From assembly GCA_965645245.1 (NCBI GenBank), contig OZ287073.1, forward strand, positions 2,108,001 through 2,172,000: 64,000 bases of DNA, read 5' to 3'. The notes under the pieces are model-generated. The model had not been told where the DNA came from. It saw only the letters and a list, made by a program, of their open reading frames with translations, and did no database searches. How positions within the stretch are numbered: the first letter of the stretch is position 1; each line of letters opens with the position of its first letter. Source of the DNA: Massalongia carnosa (lineage: Eukaryota). Positions 11,208-24,579 of the stretch are shown here, one piece after another. The position numbers and the translations under genes were made by a program.

Positions 11208-12795
11208 ATGTTTAACGCGGTAATGAACCGCCGGAATATACCAAGGACACCACCCCCAGCCGGTCCCGCCCCCCTATCGACCCCTTACCCGGCCCGCCGC
11301 CGACACTCCCCCGGACCATCTCCGGTGGCGTTGATAGGGAGCTCTCCCCGTCTTGAACCTATGGATCAAACTCGCGAATATGCATCAGCCCCGTCCACAC
11401 CGACACCAAAGGCAACGAAATTCCCATCGGGTCCATTTTCCACTATCTTGCCGATGCCTTCATTGAACTTAAACATTGGATCAAGCCCACCAATCAAACG
11501 AAATAAAAGACGCACATTTGACGAACATTCGAGAGATAGCCAAGAAGCGATCAATCGGGCAAATTCAATTGAGCTTCTAAAGTCGGCCAAAAAAGCATTA
11601 TTGCAATCATTTGTACTGGACCAAAATCCACAAACGGCTATCGTAATTGACAACGTTAATTCGTTGATATCGAAAAAATCAATCAATTTACAAACATCCT
11701 TAGATATGATTAACTATAAAATGGGCATAGTACTTGATCAAACTAGTCATCTTTCCTCAAAAACGTCACAACAACAAACGACTCCACTACAGAATGGTCC
11801 AAAAATCCAAAAACCTGTTGTTAAATTGAACGAAAATTCAATTATCGAAAATCAGACCATTAGCAAAGGAGCCACCGGGGTCTCTGGTAACAATGTTAGC
11901 ACAACCGGTACATGGAGTCAAATGCTTGGAAAAGCAACCGAAAACTCCGAAAATTGGACTACTACTCAAAGGAAAAGTTCGAATCATAATTCGAACAAAG
12001 TCGATCGATTTGATGCAATCAAGGCCAGACGACTCGTGATTTCACCGAAAAATCCTGACGCTCACTCAAATCGACTCTATGAAGCTGCGTGATGAAATTA
12101 ACGCGCTATTAAAAAACGCAAATTTAAACATCATCGTCAATACTGTTGAAAAGTCCAAAACCGGTCAGAATATCGTTCTCACCACTAGCCCTGACAACAA
12201 TGCCGAAGAATTGTTGAAAAATAAATCTTCATGGGAACACATTTTCGAATCACAAAGAATTCGAAAAGACGAATCCTGGTTTAAAGTCATAGCACACGGA
12301 GTAAATATCTCGTTATTCGATAACAACATGCAATATTTGCAAACCGAAATCGAAAAATACAATTCGAATATGCAACTATGCGATTTACCAAGATGGCTTG
12401 CTCGGGATCGTCAAAACAAAGTCACGTCGTCGGTAGTTTTGACTTTCAATAATCAAAATCAAGCGTCAAACGCGTTAAGAGGCGTGAATATCGCGGGTAG
12501 ACATTGTGACACGGAAATATTTGCATCCGTTCGTCCAAACACGCAATGTATTAATTGTCAGAAATTTGGACATAAGCATTATCAATGCAAAAGTCCGGCA
12601 AAATGCAATATATGCGCACAAAGTCATGAAACGCATAATCATGAATGCACAACATGCAAGTCTAAAATCGCAAGCGCACATGCAATTCTGAAATGCGTCA
12701 ATTGCAACAAAAATCATCAATCGAACGATATAGGTTGCGAAATGTTTATCTCGCTAAATCCTAGAAAATCGAATGATGAATTAATGCTTGGTTAA
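11208..12795 (+). pseudogene. LINE-A ORF1 with a frameshift
   Basis: A CTCA duplication at 12061-12068 splits it into 294-aa and 238-aa pieces. Confidence 0.9.
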
Positions 12796-15700
12796 TGGCG
12801 GGACAACATTCGTTGACAAATATCGAAAATACACAAAATGTCAAATTTATTCAACATAATTGGGCAAAGTCAACGAATGCAATGATTTCGTGTCTGGAAT
12901 ATGCAGTATTAAATCGTGTTGATATTGTTTTATTTCAGGAACCATGGACGCGAGATCAAAAAACAATTTCCCATCCGTCATTCACATGTATTATGCCGAA
13001 AATAGCGACTTATCGGCCGAGAGTAGCTATATTCGTTACAAAATGCAATCCAAAATTACAATGCACGCCTAGAACGGATCTTATAAACGATACTGATCTG
13101 CAAATTATCGAAATTACAATTGATGAAGTTCGAAAAGTGCAGATCTTTAACCTTTACAATGAAAAAAGTCTAAACGATCGAGAAACATATACAATCGATC
13201 GACTTTTAGTTAAATATCAACCTATATCAACTGATCAATTTGTCATATGTGGAGATTTCAATGCACATCATAGCTGGTGGAATTCGAAGATTCAAAATGC
13301 AATTCGATCAGAAAATCTAGTCAAATGGTTAAAATTAAACAAATGTAGTTTGATAAATACGCCTGATCTATATACATTTTTTGCTCATTCAGGAAACTCT
13401 TCATCTATTATTGATTTAACATTTGCAAATTCTAAAATCGAAAACGCAATTACAAATTGGTCAATCGATGAAAACGCAGTCACGGGTTCAGATCATGAAG
13501 TTATTCGATTTGAACTTATCGCGTCTTTCAAGAACTTGACGTCACACGCAACCGCATTATCGAATAAATACAACTGCAATAAAGCCGATTGGGATAAATT
13601 CGCGAAGTGTCTAGACGAAAATGCAGTAAACTACGAGTCCCAAATACAAAGTCCATTGAACAATTATCAATTTGATGAATCAGCGTTATATTTGCAAAAC
13701 GTTATCAAAAACGCGGCTGAAATGTTTATTCCGAAGACAAAAATATGCGCAAAATCGAAAAATTGGTGGTCGCAAGATTTATCCGGACTTCGAAAAATCA
13801 TGTGTAGACATCGTCGAGAATGGAAGAATAATCCGTCCTATTTTAGTCATCAAACATTTAGACATAGTCGAATCGAGTACTTTCATGCAATTCGAAAAGC
13901 GAAACAGCAAACTTGGTTGGCTTTCCTCGAAAACGCAGCGAATAAAGACGTATTTACAGCTTATAAATACACTAAACCGCGCATGTTCGAAAAAATACAA
14001 CCTATTCAATATGAAAATAAGTTAAATGTTCAATTCGATCACAAATGCGATACGTTTGTGTCAGCAATGTACACAAAAAACCCGTTCACGGATGATAATA
14101 TTGAAGATTTAACGAATCAAGACAGCGAAAATGACAACAATTGGCCGAATTTAACCGAAAATGAATTGCAAAATGCGATTAGTTTATTTAATCCAAAGAA
14201 ATCATGTGGACCTGATGCAATCAATTTCACAATAATTCAAAAATCGTTTCAACCATTGAAAAACGTGTTTTTTACTATTTATTCTAAGTTTATACAAATC
14301 GGTTTTCACCCGTTATGTTGGCGAACAGGACTCGGTGCTGTTTTAAAAAAACCTAATAAACCAGACTACTCACTGCCAAAATCATATCGAATTATTACCT
14401 TACTGAATTGTATTGGTAAAATTGCGGAGAAAATAGTTGCTAATCGACTAGCCTACCTCGGCGAAAATTCGAGCTTGTTAGATACCGAACAAATGGGCGG
14501 ACGGAAAAATCATTCTGCAATCGATACGGTAATGAACGTCGTTCATGATATCGAAATCGCAAACCGAAACAAAAACGTTTTATCATGTCTATTACTCGAT
14601 GTCAAAGGAGCATTTGACTTTGTTTCGATTAATCAATTGCTAAATGTCATGAAAAAGCTGCATTTATCTCGCATAGTTATTCAATGGGTCAAGCATTTTA
14701 TGACAAAACGATCGATCAATTTGATATTCGATGAACACAAAAGCAAAACGTACTATATCGAATCTGGAATTCCACAAGGTTCACCAATTTCGCCAATTCT
14801 ATTTCTGATTTATATTCGTTACTTATTTCCGAAAATACGAATGAAATTCAATGCTCATTCACCTAGCTTTATAGACGATGTTGCAATATATGTCGAAAAT
14901 AAAACTGCCACACAGAATTGCAAAGAAATCGAAATTATCGTCAAAACAGCTTTTGATTGGGCCGCAACGAATAATGTCAAATTTGATGACGACAAATCTG
15001 AGTCGATTCACTTCGAAAAGTCAAGAAATGCATCAAAAGACAAAGTGCAATTACCAAACGGGACAATACTAGAACCGAAAAATTCTGTCAAATGGTTAGG
15101 AGTCTGGTTAGAAAGAAAACTAAATTACAAAAAACACGTCGAAACGCGAATTGCTTCTGCAAATCGATCGTTTTTCGCAATTCAAAATTTGATGAAGTCT
15201 GAATGGGGACTAAAGCCAACTGCATGCAGACAGCTCTATTTGTCATGCATTATTCCTATTTCGGACTATTGCTCAGAAATCTGGTATAACGGTCAAAAGA
15301 AATATGAAAAGCTATTTCAGAATCTGCAAAATTGAATGATTCGAAAGATTTTAGGCACATTCAAAACGACGCCTGTTCAGGCGATGGAAATTGAATCGCA
15401 TATTTTACCAGCCAAGCTACGATTGTTGATGAAAAATCAAAAATACGCAATTCGATTATTGAAGATTGCCGAAAATAATCCTATTTGTCAAAGAATTCCC
15501 AGTACCTATTCTGTGAAATTCGAAAACATCGGTTTTGACACTAGTTTATGGAACAACAGATATGCTGAATGGAACGAAGACGAGAAAAAGTCGAGTAAAC
15601 CTCATCCTAGTCAGCTTATCCGTATTCTTCATTCCGTTTCGGATATAGTTCACAAAACTGATGAATTCGAATCAGTAAATAATTTCATCAAACCATGGAA

Positions 15701-16808
15701 GCCGTCTTGTAAAATCAAGTTCCAAATCGAAAGATCCAAAGAAACAGCAAAGTCAAGTTATTATTCGACTTTATCAAAAATCCAATCAATAAACGCCGAT
15801 AAATCGCGAATGTTACTCTATACCGATGGATCAAAAACCGAGTTTTCAACTTCCGCTGTCACATTTGCACCAATTATGCGAAATTGGAACAATTTCAACG
15901 ATAACTTCAATCGTTTTATCGAAAAAGATTGTCTCCTCAAACATCATACGATTTCGAAAAGCTGGAAATTAAACAAACAGTCAAGCGTTAAAAACGCTGA
16001 ACTCTATGCGATACTACAAGCAATAAAATGGGCATACAAATTGACAATTGCGAATATTCTCTTCAATTTGGAAAAAACGATTTGGATTTTCTCCGATAGC
16101 ATAAACGCGATAAACGAAATTCAGAACTTGACAAATCATACTTACGCAAAACAAATTCGAAAATTCTCGAAATGCTTATTCGGAAACAATTATCAGGTGG
16201 TTCTACAATGGATTCCTAGTCATTCGAAAATCGTCGAAAATGAAATTGCAGATAAAGCAGCAAAAGCGGGACATAGTCGAATCCTAGTCGAGTCTTCGAT
16301 AATAACATTTGATTATGTAAAGGGTCAAATAAATCGAAATATGTTAGCCACATGGGAGAATCAATGGCAACAATGCAAGTCAAAAGGCAAATACTATGAG
16401 AAATTCGAAATGCAGCCGGGCAAATCGAGTTTTTATTATCTGTCGAATAATTGTTCGAAATTAATATTTGCGACTATTATGCAAATGAAATTCGGACACG
16501 GTTATTTTCGATCATATCTGCACCGATTGAAAGATTATAATTCGTCAAAATGCACAGGGCGCTGCAACGAACGTCAAACGCCAGAACACTTATTGATGAA
16601 TTGCATACATTATTCAAATGAAATCCTAAACATGAAACAAAATATCGATACCACAATTACTTTAAAAATGTTGTTTAATACTAGGATCGGAAATAATATT
16701 TTGATTAAATTTATTGTTGATAACAAAATCGCGACTAGAAAATGGATGCTAGGTCAGCTCGATGACGAAAATATCGAAACGGGAGGTTGGGGAGAGATTG
16801 AACAGTAA
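12795..16808 (+). pseudogene. LINE-A ORF2 (APE-RT-RNase H-CCHC) with one in-frame stop
   Basis: 846 aa + 490 aa in the same frame, separated by TGA at 15333 (CGA in the minus copy). Confidence 0.93.
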
Positions 16809-17046
16809 AATTAGAAATGATTTATGCTGGAATATTTACGAGCTTTACAAAAACAAATTGTAAAATCGATATTTCGATTACTAAAGGTTGTTACTAACAC
16901 GGAGTAAAAACGGGGCAATATTGACGATAGATAGTTGGGTTATAAAGGGTTGATTTATTTGTAAAATAAAACCATATCTTAAAATAGTTTAGTGTCATAA
17001 CCTTAGGTTGAATACACTTAATGAATAAATAAAAAAATAAAAAAAA

Positions 17047-20000
17047 TTTCAACCATTTGACAAGATTTTCTGATCGAATTGCTTGTTGAATTTTCGTATT
17101 CCACCAGTTATGATATGCATTGAAATATCTACAGATGACGAATTGATCAGTTGATTTAGGTTGTAATTGGATTAAAAGTCGATCGATCGTTTATGTTTCT
17201 CGATCACTTTGACTTTTTTCGTTATAAATTTTGAAAATCGGCACTTTTCGAACTTCATCAATTGTAATTTTAATAATTTGCATATCGGAATCGTCAATAA
17301 AATCCGTTCTAGGCGTGCATTGCAGTTTGGGATTGCCTTTTGTGAAAAATATAGCTACTCTCGAGCGATAAGTCGCTATTTTTGGCATAATACATGTAAA
17401 TGACGGATGTGATATTGTTTTTTGATCTCGTGTCCATGGTTCCTGAAACAAAACAATATCAATTTGATTTGATAAAATATATTCCAAACACGATATCATT
17501 GCATTCCTTGACTTTGCACAATTATCTTGAATAAATTTAACATTTTGTGTATTTTCGATGTTTGTCAACGAATGCTGTCCTGCCATTACAAAGCGGCTAA
17601 TTCGTCAGTCGATTTTCTAACATTTAACGATGTAACCATTTCACAATTTTCATCATTGGATTGATTATTCTTGTTGCAATTCGCGCATTTGACGACGACG
17701 TGTGCACAAGGAATTTTCGATTTGCATGTTGTGCATTTATGATTGCGTGTTTCATGGTTTTGCGCACATATGCTGCATTTGGCTTGACTTTTGCATTGAT
17801 AATGCTTGTGTCCAAATTTTGACAATTAATGCATTGTGTGTTTGGACGAACGGAGGTAAATATTTCCGTGTCACAATGTCGGCCCGCGATATTGACTCCT
17901 TTCAACGCGTTCAAGGCCATATTTCGATCATTGAATGTCAAAACAACAGATGATTTTATCTTGTTATGACGATCACGTGCTAGCCATTTGGGAACATCGC
18001 ATACTTGCATGTTCGAATTGAACTTTGGAATTTCGTCTTGCGAATATGGCATGTTTTCATCAAATGTTGCAATATTTACACCGTGTGCGACGACTTTAGA
18101 CCACGATTCGTCCTTTCGAACTGTTCGTGGGTCGAATAAATGCTCTCATATTGCTTTATTGTTCAATAAATCTTCAGCAGTGTTATCAGGACTAGTAGTC
18201 AGAACGATGTTTTGACCCGTTTTGGACTTTTCGACCGTGTTAACAACGAGAGTCAATTTCGCGTCATTAAAAAGCGAATTGATTTGGTTTCGAAGTAACA
18301 GTGAATAGATATCGCCGATTTGAGCTTTCGGTGTGATTATCAACCATCGAGATTAGATCGCCTTGAAATCGTCAGTATTATCGAATTTGTTCGCATTCGA
18401 ATTATTGTTGTTGTTCTTGTTTGTTTTTTTTGGATCGAGGAACGGTAGTCCAAATTTCGGAATTGACAGTCGCTTTTCCGAGCATTTGGCTCCATGTTCT
18501 AGCAGTATCGTTGACCTGTGGCTCTGGGACTCCAGCAGTTTCGCTCCGAATTTCTGGGTTGACGTTTTTAGTCAAATTCTAATTTCCATTTGAATTTCCC
18601 TTCGATTTTGTCTCTTTGTTTCTGGAATTTGGCTAGTTCGTTCTAGCACCCATTCAATTTCCAATCAATCATTTCTAACGTTGCTTTTGGCTTGATCGAT
18701 TTCTTTGCCAGTAGAGAATTAACGTGATCGATGACTACAGCCGTTTCGGGGGTTTGATCTATTACGAATAACTCCAATAATGTATTTTTTGCCGTATTAA
18801 ATAGTTGAATCGATTTTGATCGATTGATGACTTCTTGACTTTCAATCGAATGTTCGTCAAATGTTCGTCTTTTGTTGCGTTTAATTGGTGGACTCAGTCG
18901 AATATCAGAATTCAATGATGGCATGGGCAGATTGGTACTGAATTTCACCAGATGGCGCGACAAAAGATTTCGCTTTTGGGGTGGGTGTGGACGGTGCGGA
19001 CGAAAATTCTCGCGTTTGGTCCATGGCCTCCGTGGATTCTACGGTTAGGGGGTTGCTCCCAATTATCGCTACCGAAGATGGCGTGGGTGAGTCGGTTCGG
19101 GGGGGGCCCGGGGGTGTACTCGGGGGGACCCATAGATGTTGTGGAGGGGGGCCTGGGGGAGGAGTTGTTGGTTTCAATCGATTTGGTCTATGACCTATCG
19201 GGTTAAATCTTCGATTGAGCATAGTGTTTTTGCCTTTGCAATATCCCTTTTATCGCCACCAAATAATTTATTCTGACTTTCCCCGGACGTACTAGTCAGA
19301 ATAGAATTTACACCTGTTTACTGGTCAAATGACTCTTTCTTTCCTATCCCTATTTATTTGACTATAACGCGTCAAATAAATCTTAATCGGGTTAAAATAG
19401 ACCGTTCCTTGCTAACGCAGTAAGTCTTATTTAACCCTTTACCAGACACTACAATAGGTGAAAATAATGAAAGTTTTTTTTTGCTTTTTCCATTAAAGAT
19501 AGATTTTAATGTAATGTAAGACAATAGGAGACTTCCTATTCTGATTAATCTGAAACAGTACCTTTGGTATAATCCTATTCCAGACGTTTTTCCCCTTCTT
19601 TTCAGTGATCTGTTGACCGGCCGTTCAATGAAGATCTATAAAGCCGGAAATGGAATGTGCAAAAATTATACGTGAAATATGCTATGAAAATTTGTGCTTG
19701 TGGAAGTTCCCGTAACCTTAAATGAGGAATGAACTTTAGAAGACTTTGACGTCGCGACAGTTTTTGTACAGTCCCGCGAGAGTAGATATTTTTTGTAGAT
19801 AATTTTTATAGTAATAATTGAAGGTCAGGCAACAACAGAACAGAAGAAAACAAGAAAAAAGAGCGATTTTTGTTGAGGTTGTTGGTATTTGTTGTTTTTT
19901 CCAACTTCTAGAGCGCGCTTTATCACGTCGGTCGCGTGCGACCAGCAGAAAAACACTGCTGGAGCTTTGCTAGAGCTCTCCTACACTAAATCTGAGAGCC

Positions 20001-20104
20001 TTTTTGCTCTGGAAGATCTTAAATGACTGAGAAATAGAGGCTCAATTGACTGTTAAAGTTATAGTATATCAAATGTTGCGGTACTTGTGTTTCTTGTTAT
20101 TGAT
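17047..20104 (-). mobile_element. Diverged LINE-A' inverted arm of unit 3 (5' leader, decayed ORF1, partial endonuclease)
   Basis: ORF fragments 17191-19222 are homologous to LINE-A. TAATG overlap retained. Leader blocks homologous to 2176-3078. Ends at TGAT. Confidence 0.9.
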
Positions 20105-22963
20105 TGGTTTATTTAATCCGAAGAAAGTATATGGACCTGATGCAATCAATTTCGCAATTGTGCAAAACTCGTTTCAATCGTTGAAAAACGTGTTTTTCAT
20201 GATTTATTCGAAATTCATTCGAATTGTTTATCACCCGTTATGCTGGCGGACAGGACTCGGTGCAGTTCTGAAAAAACCTAATAAATCAGACTATTATTCA
20301 TTTCCAAAATCATATCGAATTATCACATTACTAAATTGTCTTGGTAAAATTGCTGAGAAAATCGTTGCAAATCGACTAGCCTACTTCAGCGAAAATTCGA
20401 ATTTACTCGATATCGAACAGATGGGCGGACGCAAAAATCATTCTGCAAATTGACTCAGTAATGAACGTTGTTCATGATAATGAATTGCAAATAGAAATAA
20501 AAACGTCTTATCATGTTTATTACTCGATGTCAAAGGCGCATTTGACTTTGTCTGGATTAATCAACTGCTAAATGTTATGAAAAAGCTGAAATTATCTCGC
20601 ATAATAATTCAATGGGTCAAGCATTTCATGACAAAACGATCGATCAATTTGATATTTGATGAAATTAAAAGCAAAACATATTATGTCGAATCAGGAATTC
20701 CACAAGGCTCACCAATCTCGCCTATTCTATTTCTGATTTACATTCGTCACTTGTTTCCGAAAATACGAATGAAATTCAATGCACATTCTCCCAGTTTTAT
20801 TGTCGATGTTGCAATAAATGTCGAAAATGAAACTGCAAAACAGAGTTGCAAAGAAATCGAAATCATAGTCAAAACGGCCTATGATTGGGCCGCATCGAAT
20901 AATGTCAAATTTGATGACGATAAATCCGAGCTGATTCACTTCGAAAAGACAAGAAAAGTATCGAAAGACACATTGGAATTACCAAACGGGACAGTACTAG
21001 AACCGAAAAATATAGTCAAATGGTTGGGCGTCTGGTTAGACCGAAATTTAAATTTCAAAAAACACGTCGAAACGCGGATCTCTTCTGCGAATCGATCGTT
21101 TTTTGCAATTCAGAATTTGATGAAATCCGAATGGGGTCTGAAACCGACCGCATGCAGACAGCTCTATTTGTCATGCATTATTCCTATTTTGGACTACGGC
21201 TCAGAAATTTGGTATAATGGTCAAAAGAAATATGAAAAATTGTTTCAGAACATACAAAATCAAATGATTCGAAAGATTTTTGGAACTTTCAAAACCACAC
21301 CTATTCAGGCGATAGAAATTGAATCACATGTTTTACCAGTTAAACTTCGATTATTAAAGAAAAATCAAAAATACGCAATTCGATTATTGAAGATTGCCGA
21401 AAATAACCCTATTTGTCAACGAATTCCAAACACATATTCGATAAAATTCGAAAAAATCGGTTTTGACACTAGTTTATGGAACAACAAATATGCCGAATGG
21501 AACGAAGACGAAAAACAAACAAATAAAGGACATCCTAGTCAGCTTATTCGCGTTCTTCATTCCGTTTCCGATATAGTTCACAAAACTGATGAATTTGAAC
21601 AATCAAATCATTTTATTAAACCTTGGAAATCGCCGTGCAAAATCGTATTTCAAATCGAAAATACAAAGGAATCTGCTAAATCAAGTTATTATTCGACCTT
21701 ATCTAAAATCAAATCAATGAACTCCGATAAATCCCGAGTTTTACTTTATACAGATAGATCGAAAATCGAATTTGTATCGTCTGCAGTCACATTTGCGCCA
21801 ATTATGAGGAATTGGAGTAATATTATCAATAATTTTGATCGATTTATCGAAAAAGATTGTCTGATCAAGTATCATACGATTTCGAAAAGCTGGAAATTAA
21901 GCAAACAGTCAACCATTAAAAATGCTGAACTGCATGCGATTTTACAAGCAATGAAATGGGTCTATAAATTGTCGAATACTAATATTTTATCGAACTTAGA
22001 AAAAACGATTTGGATTTTTTCTGATAGTATAAACGCGATAAACGAAATTCATAACTTGACAAATCATATTTTCGCAAGACAAATTCGAAAGCACGCAAAA
22101 CGCTTATTTGAAAGCAATTATCATGTGATTTTGCTATGGGTTCCGAGTCATTCAAATATTACCGGAAACGAAATTGCAGACAAAATAGCAAAGACGGGCC
22201 ATAATCAAATCCTAGTCGAGTCCTCGGCGATAACATTTGATTATGTAAAAGATCAAATAAATCAAAATACGCTTACCACATAGACGAATCAATGGCAACA
22301 ATGCAAATCAAAAGGCAAATACTACGAGAAATTCGAAATGAAACCTGGCATATCGAGATTTTATTATTTATCACACAACTGTTCCAAATTGATATTTGCT
22401 ACTATTATGCAATTAAAATTCGGACACGGCTATTTTCGATTATATTTATAGCGATTGAAAGATTATAATTCATCAAAATGCACAAATCGATGCAATCAAC
22501 GAAAAACGCCAGAACACTTGTTATTAAATTGCATTCACTATTTCGATGAAATTCAAAACATGAAACAAAATATCGATACTATGATCAACTTAAATATGTT
22601 GTTTAATACAAAAATCGGAAATGATATTTTGATTAAATTTATTGTCAATAAAAAAATCGCGACTAGAAAATGGATACTAGGTCAGCTTGATGACGAGATT
22701 TTCGAAACTGGAGGTTGGGGAGAGATCGAACAGTAAAATCAGAAACGATTTATGCTGAAACATTCACGAACTTACAAAAACAAATTGTAAAATCGATATT
22801 CTTCGATTACTATAGGTTGTTACTAATACGGAGTAAAAATGGGGAAAAATTGACGATACATAGATAGGTTATAAAGGGTTGATTTATTTGTAATATAGAA
22901 ACAAATCCTAAAATAGTTTAGTGTCATAACCTTAGGTTGAATACACTTAAAAATTAAAAAAAA
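20101..22963 (+). mobile_element. Diverged LINE-A' direct arm of unit 3 (RT, RNase H, CCHC, 3' UTR, A tail), disrupted
   Basis: ORF fragments 20046-20453, 20577-22283, 22455-22736. Starts at LFNPKK just before the RT. Confidence 0.9.
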
Positions 22964-24579
22964 TAGATTGAAAGATTATAATTTGTCATAATGCTAAAAT
23001 CGATGCAATCAAAGATAAACGCCAGAAAACGTGTTATTGAATTGCATTCCCCCGTCGAAATCGATGCTTATACCGTGTCAATTCAAAAATTTCTTCACAA
23101 CGAAACGAAATGTCGATACTACGATCAACTTGAACATGTTGTTCAATAAAAAGATCGGAAATGACATTGTGATTAAATTCATTGTCAATAACAAAATCGC
23201 GACTAAAAAATGGATACTAGGTCAGCTTGATGATGAAAATGTCGAAACTCGAGGTTGTGTAGAGATCGAACAGTAAAATCAGAAATGATTTATACTTAAA
23301 CATTTACGAACTTACGAAGACAAATTCAAAAATCGATAATTTTTCGATTACTATAGGTTGTTACTAAAACGGAGTAAAAACGGGTAAAAATTGACGATAC
23401 ATAGATTGGTTATGATAATGATGATGATGTATTCATACTCCGATATGACACCGGCCGTAGGCCGGCCCATGCGGGCAAAGCTATCTATGTTATGTTACAT
23501 GGAAAACCTTCCACAGGTGTAAAAACCATGTCCCTTGATACACGTCCGATGTGACTACGGGTCGACGTCGGGCGGGAGACGCAGTGCAAAAGACGTGTGG
23601 GAACTGTAATGCCTTGTGAAAAGAGAAGAAAAAAAGAAAGGTTCAACTATTGTTGATTTTACAATAATGTTGATGCTAGTGAGAAATTGATTCAATAAGC
23701 CTGTTTTCATTAGCCAAGCATAGTATCTTCAGACTTTTTGATGATTTGGTCAGCTGCTGATAGTCGCTCGTGCCGGCGGCGCGAAACATCTGTTCTCTAT
23801 TGTCAATAAGTCTGCAGAACATGATTACATGTTCTGGAGTTTGTCTATGCCAGCCACATGAGCAGGCCTTTGAGGTGACGGAGGGCACCCGTCGCTTGTA
23901 GAGGAAGTCAGCTAACCCTATTTTGCCAGTGCGGATTTCAGTTGTTAGAGCGCTTTCTGTCTTTTTTAGCTGCGTGTATATTTTCAGTCGTTTTTTGCTC
24001 AGTGGGATTGATTGTGCTATGGAGGGTTCGATGACGCGATTTTGATATGCGCACCACGAGTCGTTCCAGACATTCATTTGTCGTGCTTTGCTTGTTTGCA
24101 TCTGCTTGTTTCGGGCCGTTGCCGCAACGGTAGCTTCGCGGTGCCACGCCGGGTAGACTTCGAACCAAGGTAGGTGTGCCTTTGGTGGTTGAACTATTTT
24201 TGAGTCGATCAGTAGGCTTTTGGCCCAGATGTATTTCAGCTCTCCCGGGGTGGGCTTTTGAAGTCGTTTGCGACCTGCCTTGCCTCGAAGTTTGTCAGCT
24301 ATTTTGTTGCATGCGGAGGAGATAATCTTCAATTGGCCTCCGGCTCGGAGCCGGTGCCTTGCCTGTGCTTGTAGCATGTCGAGATGCGTGTCTATGGGCG
24401 CTATGAATGTCTCTGCTTCTAGTACTGAGATGGGAGTGGCTTTAAAGGCACCGGCTATGGTGCGAAGGCAATTGTTTTGCATGACGGAGAGCTTGCTCGT
24501 TGACGTTTTTGACTTATTGACTTCTTTGGGCATGTGCCATACGGTTGACCCATATGTCATGGCCGGACGCACCACGGTA

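Larger units (their letters stand above)
11101..17046 (+). mobile_element. LINE-A direct arm of unit 2: near full length, truncated 107 nt upstream of the ORF1 ATG, with poly(A)
   Basis: ORF1, ORF2, 3' UTR and A-rich tail ending at 17046. Confidence 0.95.

Noticed and set aside
15333..15335. Programmed readthrough at the ORF2 TGA
   Set aside because: Other copies have sense codons here (CGA, CAA), so it is a point mutation.
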